From assembly GCF_001310635.1 (NCBI RefSeq), contig NZ_BAXR01000003.1, forward strand, positions 22,261 through 46,260: 24,000 nt of DNA, in the 5' to 3' direction. A model generated the notes under the pieces. That model made no database searches. It saw nothing but the letters and a program-made list of their open reading frames with translations, and was not told where the DNA came from. The stretch is from Bacillus sp. JCM 19034. Lineage in GTDB: Bacteria > Bacillota > Bacilli > Bacillales > Bacillaceae_D. Below are positions 17,439 to 24,000 of this stretch, one piece after another (the stretch's first letter is position 1; every line of letters begins with the position of its first letter). The position numbers and the translations under genes are program-made.

Positions 17439-17465
17439 AATAAGAAGTGTTTCTAGATTTTCTTA

Positions 17466-17494
17466 TTGTATTCTGTCTAATTTATGTAGATAAT
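17466..17494 (+). promoter_or_regulatory. putative sigma-A promoter of argR-recN
   Basis: TTGTAT (17466-17471), a 17-nt spacer, then GATAAT (17489-17494). Confidence 0.35.
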
Positions 17495-17533
17495 GAAAGT
17501 AGTGAGATATGAAGAGAAAATAGGTGAATGGTT

Positions 17534-17983
17534 ATGAATAAAGGACAACGTCATATTAAAATTCGCGAAATTATTACGAATAATGAAGTGGAGACTCAAG
17601 ATGAATTAGTCGAACAATTAAGACTAGCTGGCTATAATGTGACACAGGCAACGGTATCCAGAGATATTAAGGAGCTCCACCTTGTAAAAGTTCCGATGAT
17701 GGATGGGCGTTATAAATATAGCTTGCCGGCTGACCAACGTTTTAATCCTTTACAGAAATTAAAGCGTTCCCTTATGGATAGCTTTGTTAGTATTGATCGG
17801 TCTGAGAACTTAATAGTCATGAAAACACTGCCAGGTAATGCAAATGCGATTGGGGCGTTAATTGACAACTTAGATTGGCCTGAAATTATGGGGACGATTT
17901 GTGGAGATGACACGATATTAATTATATGTAAAACGAAAGATAAAGGTTTGTCATTAACTGAACGCTTTTTAGAAATGCTTTAG
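17534..17983 (+). CDS. argR: arginine repressor
   Basis: ATG 17534 gives [15 protein letters not shown]..., identical at the N-terminus to B. subtilis AhrC. Other matches are [18 protein letters not shown] and [13 protein letters not shown]. Confidence 0.95.
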   Translation: MNKGQRHIKIREIITNNEVETQDELVEQLRLAGYNVTQATVSRDIKELHLVKVPMMDGRYKYSLPADQRFNPLQKLKRSLMDSFVSIDRSENLIVMKTLPGNANAIGALIDNLDWPEIMGTICGDDTILIICKTKDKGLSLTERFLEML

Positions 17984-17996
17984 GAGTGATGTAGGC

Positions 17997-19715
17997 GTGT
18001 TAGTCGAACTGTCGATTAAACATTTTGCCATTATTGATCAAGTAACGGTAACCTTTGATAAAGGGCTAACGGTTCTTACTGGAGAAACGGGAGCAGGGAA
18101 ATCAATGATTATCGATGCGATTGGTTTATTATTAGGTGGGCGAGGTTCATCCGATTATGTTCGATATGGTGAACAACGTGCAGAAATTGAAGGCCTTTTC
18201 CAGGTTGATGAAGGTCATAGAACGTTAGAAAAAGCAAAAGAGCTAGGAATTGACGTATCTGACCAAATGTTTATTCTACGCCGGGATATTACAGCTCAAG
18301 GGAAAAGTATTTGCAGGATTAATGGGAAGTTAGTAACGATTGCCATTTTACGAGAGGTTGGACAAGCACTTGTTGATATTCACGGCCAGCATGAGCATCA
18401 AAGCTTATTACAGCCAGAATATCACATTCAAATGTTAGATGAATTCGCTAAGGAACCTTTGGCGAGGACGAAGCAGGAATATAAGGAGTTATACCAAAAA
18501 GTCCTTCAGCTTCAGAAAAAAATCAAACAATTTAGTACAAATGAACAAGAAATGGCTCAAAAAGTTGATTTGTATCAATTTCAGCTAAATGAAATTGAAG
18601 AAGCGAAGCTCGAGCCATTAGAGGATGAGCGGCTCCTAGAAGAACGATATAAATTGCAGCATAGTGAAAAGTTATTTACATTGTTGCAAGATAGTTACCA
18701 AAGCTTATACGGAGAAAATAGAGGGTTAGATTTTCTATCAAATGCTTCAGCTCATTTGGAGGAAGCAGCAACGATTGACAGTGAGCTTGCTGATTTACAT
18801 GAATCAGTCAGTAACAGCTTTTATTTATTAGAGGAAGCGGCATTCACAATTAGGAATAAGATGGAACTTATAGAATTTGATCCTGCGAGATTAGAAATTG
18901 TAGAAAGTCGTTTACATGAAATCACACAGCTTAAGCGGAAATACGGGTCAACAGTTGAAGAAATAATGGAATATGCCGCCAAAATCGAAGAAGAACTTGA
19001 CTCAATTGTACATAAAGATGATCGTTTAACAGAAATACAAGCTGAATTAGATGCAACTTGGAAAGATTTATATGTCGAAGCTCAAACATTAACAAAATTA
19101 AGAAAAAAATCAGCTCAAACATTAAAAGAAGAGATTCATGCTCAGCTAAGGTCACTTTATATGGAAAAAACGCAATTTGATGTTTCGTTTAAACCACACC
19201 CAATTACAAAAACCTCACCAACTATTGATGGTCAAACAATAACATTTACTGAGGATGGCATAAATGAGATTGAGTTTTATCTATCAACAAATCCAGGCGA
19301 ACCATTAAAGCCTTTAGCAAAAGTTGCATCTGGTGGAGAAATTTCTCGGATTATGCTTGCAATTAAATCAATATTTTCCGATCAGGAAGGGATAACATCG
19401 GTTATCTTCGATGAAGTTGATACAGGAGTAAGTGGTCGGGTTGCTCAAGCCATTGCAGAAAAAATACACCGAATATCAAGTGGTTCCCAAGTGCTTTGTA
19501 TTACTCATTTACCACAAGTAGCTGCAATGGCAGATACTCATTTGTATATTTCAAAGGAAGAAGTTGACAATCGTGTAAAAACATATGTCAATACGCTAAC
19601 TAAAGAAGAGAAAGTTAATGAAATAGCACGAATGATTTCAGGTGTAGAAGTAACTGAATTGACGAAACAACACGCAAATGAACTTATTCAGTTAGCGGAA
19701 ACGTTAAAAGTGTAA
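17997..19715 (+). CDS. recN: DNA repair protein RecN
   Basis: The 572-aa product has a Walker A motif GETGAGKSMIIDA, a long coiled-coil middle, and the signature and Walker B region ASGGEISRIMLAIK...IFDEVDTGVSG. Confidence 0.95.
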   Translation: MLVELSIKHFAIIDQVTVTFDKGLTVLTGETGAGKSMIIDAIGLLLGGRGSSDYVRYGEQRAEIEGLFQVDEGHRTLEKAKELGIDVSDQMFILRRDITAQGKSICRINGKLVTIAILREVGQALVDIHGQHEHQSLLQPEYHIQMLDEFAKEPLARTKQEYKELYQKVLQLQKKIKQFSTNEQEMAQKVDLYQFQLNEIEEAKLEPLEDERLLEERYKLQHSEKLFTLLQDSYQSLYGENRGLDFLSNASAHLEEAATIDSELADLHESVSNSFYLLEEAAFTIRNKMELIEFDPARLEIVESRLHEITQLKRKYGSTVEEIMEYAAKIEEELDSIVHKDDRLTEIQAELDATWKDLYVEAQTLTKLRKKSAQTLKEEIHAQLRSLYMEKTQFDVSFKPHPITKTSPTIDGQTITFTEDGINEIEFYLSTNPGEPLKPLAKVASGGEISRIMLAIKSIFSDQEGITSVIFDEVDTGVSGRVAQAIAEKIHRISSGSQVLCITHLPQVAAMADTHLYISKEEVDNRVKTYVNTLTKEEKVNEIARMISGVEVTELTKQHANELIQLAETLKV

Positions 19716-19722
19716 AGATTAC

Positions 19723-19752
19723 AAAAGCTAACCAATTAAGGTTAGCTTTTTT
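19723..19752 (+). terminator. rho-independent terminator after recN
   Basis: AGCTAACC (19726-19733) pairs with GGTTAGCT (19740-19747), followed by a T-run to 19752. Confidence 0.75.
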
Positions 19753-19849
19753 CTGTTTCAGAAGTTATAAATGTGGAGTCGCAAGGCAACATTAGTATTA
19801 CAGCCATCTTTGGAGGTGTGTGGGCAAAGGAGCTAGGAGAGTGAAGTGG

Positions 19850-21088
19850 ATGAGAGGCGATGTAATTAGAAAGGGAATCGGAGTTGTTTTGCTTATTTTT
19901 GTTTTAAGTATAGGACTTTCAGAAAACGTCCAAAAATGGGGTCAAGTCCCTACTAGTATGACCGTTTTTGAAGGGGATGTTACGCCCATTACTGAGGCAG
20001 TTAGTGAATTAAATGCTGTTCCTGTTTCAACTGAGTCCGTTGAAGAGACAGGCCAAGTAAAGCTAGAGGTTGGAAATTTCCCTATAAAAAATATCGATGT
20101 ATCAGTAATACCAAAATTAGAAGTCATACCAGGTGGTCAATCAATTGGCGTTAAATTAAATACAGAAGGTGTTCTCGTTGTAGGTCATCATCTAGTTGAA
20201 ACGGATGATGAAAGTATATCACCTGGTGAAGAGGCTGGAATTCAAGTTGGAGATATGATTACTCATATTGATGGGGAAGAAATCCAACATATGAGCCAAG
20301 TTGGGGAATATGTTCAGTCAGCTGGTGATGAAGAGCGTACATTAGATATTCGTTTAAAGCGTGATCAAAAAATATATGAGAAAACATTAACTCCTGTAAA
20401 AGCGAAAGGAGAGCATTCGTATCGGATGGGCTTATACATTCGCGATTCGGCAGCAGGTGTCGGCACGATGACTTTTTACGATCCAGATACAATGAAATAT
20501 GGTGCACTAGGACATGTCATTTCTGATGTGGATACGAAAAAACCAATAGTCGTTCATGATGGTCAAATTGTACGTTCATCAGTAACGTCAATTGAAAAAG
20601 GAAGTAATGGTGACCCAGGCGAAAAATTAGCAAGTTTAACAAAACAGCGTGAAAAGTTAGGTTCAATTGAAAAAAATAGTTCTTTTGGCATTTTTGGCAC
20701 GTTAGATAAAGTCAATTTGAAGAATAAATTATATGATGAAAAAATGCCTGTATCATTATCAACGCATGTTAAAGAAGGACCTGCCAAAATATTAACCGTT
20801 GTAGAGGGAGAAGAGGTTCAAGAGTTTGACATTGAAATAATCAGTTCCGTTCCACAACAACAACCAGCTACAAAAGGGATGGTAATTAAAGTAACGGATC
20901 CGAAACTTCTTGAGGCTACAGGAGGGATTGTACAAGGGATGAGTGGAAGCCCAATTATTCAAGATGGGAAACTAGTTGGAGCTGTCACTCATGTTTTTGT
21001 AAATGATCCGACATCTGGGTATGGTTGTCATATTGAATGGATGCTTGAAGAAGCAGGTGTACTTCAACAAGAAGCTAAAGCGAGTTAA
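19850..21088 (+). CDS. spoIVB: SpoIVB peptidase (sigma-K checkpoint serine protease, PDZ domain)
   Basis: ATG 19850 is preferred (AGGAGA is 9 nt upstream); the ORF opens at 19820. Matches to B. subtilis SpoIVB include [60 protein letters not shown] and [15 protein letters not shown]. Confidence 0.9.
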   Translation: MRGDVIRKGIGVVLLIFVLSIGLSENVQKWGQVPTSMTVFEGDVTPITEAVSELNAVPVSTESVEETGQVKLEVGNFPIKNIDVSVIPKLEVIPGGQSIGVKLNTEGVLVVGHHLVETDDESISPGEEAGIQVGDMITHIDGEEIQHMSQVGEYVQSAGDEERTLDIRLKRDQKIYEKTLTPVKAKGEHSYRMGLYIRDSAAGVGTMTFYDPDTMKYGALGHVISDVDTKKPIVVHDGQIVRSSVTSIEKGSNGDPGEKLASLTKQREKLGSIEKNSSFGIFGTLDKVNLKNKLYDEKMPVSLSTHVKEGPAKILTVVEGEEVQEFDIEIISSVPQQQPATKGMVIKVTDPKLLEATGGIVQGMSGSPIIQDGKLVGAVTHVFVNDPTSGYGCHIEWMLEEAGVLQQEAKAS

Positions 21089-21110
21089 TCGTTTTAGCTT
21101 CTTGTTTTTT
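21068..21110 (+). terminator. rho-independent terminator overlapping the spoIVB stop codon
   Basis: CAAGAAGCTAAAGCGA (21068-21083) pairs with TCGTTTTAGCTTCTTG (21089-21104), giving a 16-bp stem with one G.U. A T6 run follows (21105-21110). Confidence 0.8.
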
Positions 21111-21165
21111 AATATTTTTCTATTTGTTTTAATCATGGTGTGATATGATGATAATATAAAGATTA

Positions 21166-21172
21166 TTCGACA
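21166..21172 (-). promoter_or_regulatory. Spo0A box (TGTCGAA on the minus strand)
   Basis: TTCGACA is the reverse complement of the 0A-box consensus TGNCGAA. The context TTCGACAAAT parallels the B. subtilis spo0A upstream region as I recall it. Confidence 0.5.
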
Positions 21173-21198
21173 AATACGATAAAAAGATAGATGTCAAA

Positions 21199-21205
21199 TG
21201 ACGAA
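21199..21205 (+). promoter_or_regulatory. Spo0A box (TGACGAA)
   Basis: It matches TGNCGAA. A weaker TATCGAA lies at 21209-21215. Confidence 0.4.
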
Positions 21206-21279
21206 TGATATCGAAAACGTGAGGAATCTGAAGAAAAACACAGTATTTATAAAAAAATCAAAATAAAAATAAAAAAATT

Positions 21280-21308
21280 AGAGGAAATGTAGCGTTGATG
21301 TCGAACTT
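21280..21308 (+). promoter_or_regulatory. sigma-H-dependent sporulation promoter of spo0A (Ps), with an overlapping perfect 0A box TGTCGAA at 21299-21305
   Basis: AGAGGAAAT (21280-21288), 11 nt, then GTCGAACTT (21300-21308). This has the same architecture and spacing as the B. subtilis Ps sequence AGAGGGTAT-11-GTCGAATGT as I recall it. It fits the sigma-H consensus (AGGAwww at -35, GAAT-like at -10). Confidence 0.6.
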
Positions 21309-21354
21309 ATAGTGTAGAGTATGAATTATTACTGTAAACCAGAGGAGGATTTTT

Positions 21355-22169
21355 GTGCAAAAGGTGAAAGTTTGTATTGCAGACGATAATCGAGAATTAG
21401 TTCATTTGTTAAATGAGTATATTTCAGCTCAGAGTGATATGGAAGTGATTGGAACAGCCTTTAATGGTCAAGAATGTGTTAGTTTAGTGGAAGATAAGGA
21501 GCCTGATGTTTTAATTTTAGATATTATTATGCCACATTTAGATGGTCTCGCTGTTTTAAAGCGATTAAATACATTAAAGCTAAAAAATAAACCAAATATT
21601 ATTATGTTAACCGCGTTTGGACAAGAGGACGTAACAAAAAAAGCTGTTGAATTAGGTGCGTCATATTACGTTTTAAAACCATTTGATATGGATGTGTTAA
21701 TTACAAATATTCGTGATATTGGTGGTCAAAATCAATCGTTTGTCCAACCTACTACATCTTCCAATTCGTCATCATTTATTTCATCAAAATCTGATGGTTT
21801 ACAATCAATGGTGGCTTGAATTTAGATGCGAGCATTACGAATATTATTCATGAAATCGGTGTACCAGCTCATATTAAAGGGTATATGTATTTAAGAGAAG
21901 CGATTACAATGGTTTACAATGATATTGAATTGCTTGGTTCGATTACGAAAGTATTATATCCAGATATCGCTAAAAAGTTTAATACAACTTCAAGTCGAGT
22001 TGAACGAGCTATTCGTCATGCGATTGAAGTTGCTTGGAGTAGAGGGAACATTGATTCCATATCGTCATTATTTGGGTATACGGTGAGTCATTCAAAAGCA
22101 AAGCCGACTAATTCTGAATTTATTGCAATGGTTGCAGATAAATTAAGAATTGAGAATAAAGTATCCTAA
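21355..22169 (+). pseudogene. spo0A: sporulation master regulator Spo0A, split by a -1 frameshift in the inter-domain linker
   Basis: GTG 21355 follows GAGGAGG (21342-21348). The receiver domain ([12 protein letters not shown]...[14 protein letters not shown]...[28 protein letters not shown]) runs in frame 1 to TGA 21817-21819. The DNA-binding domain ([22 protein letters not shown]...[19 protein letters not shown]...[15 protein letters not shown]) is in frame 0 up to 22169. The shift must lie within 21795-21816. B. subtilis Spo0A is one 267-aa chain. Confidence 0.9.
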
Positions 22170-22183
22170 TTTGTTTCATGAAG

Positions 22184-22233
22184 TAAGGCAGCAAAAAAGG
22201 TTAAATCCTTTTTTGCTGCCTTATTCTTTTTTT
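22184..22233 (+). terminator. rho-independent terminator after spo0A
   Basis: TAAGGCAGCAAAAAAGG (22184-22200) pairs with CCTTTTTTGCTGCCTTA (22207-22223), a 17-bp stem, followed by a T-rich tail. Confidence 0.85.
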
Positions 22234-22348
22234 ATAAAAAGAAAAATAGAGATAGCTTAAACAAATCCAAAATTAGCTTTCAAGTTAACTCATAAGAATG
22301 GCTGTATTCGTTCATATTATAGACAAACGATTAAAGAGGGTAATGAGT

Positions 22349-23467
22349 ATGAACGAACCAATTTATGGAGTAGTATATGAACATCAACAAACTAAGAAAT
22401 TACTCCAATATGTACCGAAAAAAAGTATCGTTTTTCTTTGGCATTGTGATTTAGATGGAGTGGCTGTAAATGGGTTACTCGAAGCAGAAGTAAAAGCAAT
22501 TATTAATATGTACCCGACGTATAGTGGTACATTCCAACATCGCCATGTTGAAACCTTATTAGAAGCAGGTGTAGCGGTGTTTGATGTGAAGGATATGTAT
22601 CGAAAAAGAGTAAAACTATATCATGGTCAAGAAATGATGATTGACCGAAACGAACTCTACCTCATTGAAGGCTTAAAATCATATAAAGTAGCTACATTAG
22701 AAGCATATGATGAAACATTATTACGCAAGAAAGATGTTGATGCACGTCAACACTATTCTTCGTGCTATGAGCAATTCGTTCTAAATACAATTGACTTTGC
22801 TAAAAGAGAGCGTCACTGGTTTCAATCAAAGCCAGAGCTGCCTAAAAGTTTAGACCAATTAAGAGGCGAGCAAGTGTTTATTGTCGCTCGCAATACTGAC
22901 TATGAAAAAGATATTGAAGCACTTCGTCCGATTCTTAAGAAAAAAGAAATCATCGTTATTGCTGTTGATGGGGCAGCGGACGGGCTTTTAAAACATCAAA
23001 TCAAGCCTAACTTTATTACTGGAGATATGGATTCCATTAGCAAGAACGCCCTATTTTGCGGAGCTACGATCATTTGTCATCAACATCCATCTGGCAGGTC
23101 ACCAGGGAAAGAACGTGTTGACGAATTAGGTTTAGATGCAGAGAGTATCCGTTTTGTTGGTACAAGCGAAGACGTCGCCATTATGGCATCCTATTGGTCT
23201 GAAGCGAGTCGAATTTTCCTCATTGGTTGTCGTATAGGTATGGAGGAGTTTCTTGAAAAAGGACGTCATGGCATGGGAGCAACCTGGTTAGCACGTGTAC
23301 AAGCTGGAGAGAAAATAACAGATCTAAAAGGAATACATCATGTTGCTTCAAACTCCCTTTTGAATGTTGGCCTATCTGAAAAAGCGGAACGTTCTAAAAT
23401 ACTTGATTATGTTCGTTCATTTTTTCAAGAACGCTTTTATGCATGGAAGAAAAAAGAGGTGCTATAG
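22349..23467 (+). CDS. steA: SteA-like protein (putative cytokinetic-ring protein family with a thiamine-pyrophosphokinase-like domain)
   Basis: ATG 22349 lies 8 nt after AAGAGGG (22334-22340); the ORF opens at 22298. Motifs IAVDGAADGLL...ITGDMDS, GTSEDVAIM, EEFLEKGRHGMGATWLARVQAGEKITDLKG and the N-terminal FLWHCDLDGVAV match my recollection of the SteA family consensus. Confidence 0.65.
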   Translation: MNEPIYGVVYEHQQTKKLLQYVPKKSIVFLWHCDLDGVAVNGLLEAEVKAIINMYPTYSGTFQHRHVETLLEAGVAVFDVKDMYRKRVKLYHGQEMMIDRNELYLIEGLKSYKVATLEAYDETLLRKKDVDARQHYSSCYEQFVLNTIDFAKRERHWFQSKPELPKSLDQLRGEQVFIVARNTDYEKDIEALRPILKKKEIIVIAVDGAADGLLKHQIKPNFITGDMDSISKNALFCGATIICHQHPSGRSPGKERVDELGLDAESIRFVGTSEDVAIMASYWSEASRIFLIGCRIGMEEFLEKGRHGMGATWLARVQAGEKITDLKGIHHVASNSLLNVGLSEKAERSKILDYVRSFFQERFYAWKKKEVL

Positions 23468-23468
23468 C

Positions 23469-24000
23469 ATGTCAGTATCGATTGTTATTCCAGCATATAA
23501 TGAAGAGAAGTATATCGTAGAAACGTTACAATGTTTAAAAAAACAAGAGCAAAAGAATATAGAGGTCATCGTTGTTGATGATGGAAGCGTTGATCAAACA
23601 GCAGAGCTTTCAAAAGAGTTTGCTGATCAAATTATACGTCTTCCTAGTAACCAAGGGAAAGGCTCTGCCTCCAAGCGGGCTGGGCAAAAGCGGAAGGACA
23701 ATATATCGTTTGTTTAGATGCTGATTTACAATCAAGTGCGTTAGAATATGTGGAATTGTTGAAACCTGTTCAAGCAAATCATGCAGATGTTTGTTTATCA
23801 ATCATACAACCGAGGGGAAAAGCGGGATTTGGTGTTGTTAAAAGAAGGGTACAAACATTAATTCATCAAAAAACAGGGGTGCGACTGCAAGCTCCGCTAT
23901 CTGGGCAGCGTGCCTTTCATCGAAAATGGTTACCGATTTTATTAAAGAGGTGCTATCAAGGATTTGCTGTCGAAGCACAAATGACGGTTGATTTACTCGA
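23469..24000 (+). pseudogene. family 2 glycosyltransferase, -1 frameshift, 3' end outside the window
   Basis: ATG 23469 follows AGAGGTG. Frame 0 reads MSVSIVIPAYNEEKYI...VIVVDDGSVDQT...NQGKGSASK and then stops at 23715-23717 after unrelated residues. Frame 2 reads AGWAKAEGQYIVCLDADL...QAPLSGQRAF and stays open to the window end. One extra A at 23673-23674 would give NQGKGSASKAGWAKAEGQYIVCLDAD, a canonical GT2 core. Confidence 0.75.

Noticed and set aside
2562-23717. Programmed ribosomal frameshifting as an explanation for the split genes
   Set aside because: I saw no shared slippery heptamer or downstream stimulatory structure. The sites are heterogeneous, and orthologues in B. subtilis are single uninterrupted ORFs. 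Loss of one base (a mutation or a sequencing error) is more parsimonious.
1-24000. CRISPR arrays, tRNA or rRNA genes, prophage or defence-island content
   Set aside because: I saw no spaced direct repeats, cloverleaf-like sequences or rRNA-like segments. Apart from the IS/MITE edge and the OLE insert, the gene order is core-genome synteny.

Overview
All genes are on the + strand. The window is a conserved Bacillaceae chromosomal block matching B. subtilis yqhV, spoIIIAA-AH, accBC, yqhY, nusB, folD, xseAB, ispA, dxs, yqxC, ahrC(argR), recN, spoIVB and spo0A. It departs from that layout in four ways. (1) A 683-nt ORF-free, highly structured spacer with its own strong promoter lies between ispA and dxs, followed by a 4-TM protein gene. 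This is the published genomic context of OLE (ornate, large, extremophilic) RNA and its membrane partner OapA. OLE is a known ncRNA class whose function is still unresolved, and it is the most interesting element here. (2) The 5' edge carries the end of an IS1182-type transposase gene plus a ~240-bp MITE-like palindromic repeat where efp would be expected. (3) At least six genes are broken by apparent single-base (-1) frameshifts: spoIIIAD, spoIIIAG, spoIIIAH, a small acidic ORF, spo0A and a GT2 glycosyltransferase. About 11.5 kb of housekeeping CDS is untouched even though it contains A7-A8 runs. This suggests either homopolymer sequencing errors or real decay of the sporulation programme. 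(4) A SteA-like protein and a GT2 glycosyltransferase follow spo0A. No tRNA, rRNA or CRISPR array was seen. Gene identities come from my recollection of B. subtilis orthologue sequences and from motifs; no database search was possible.
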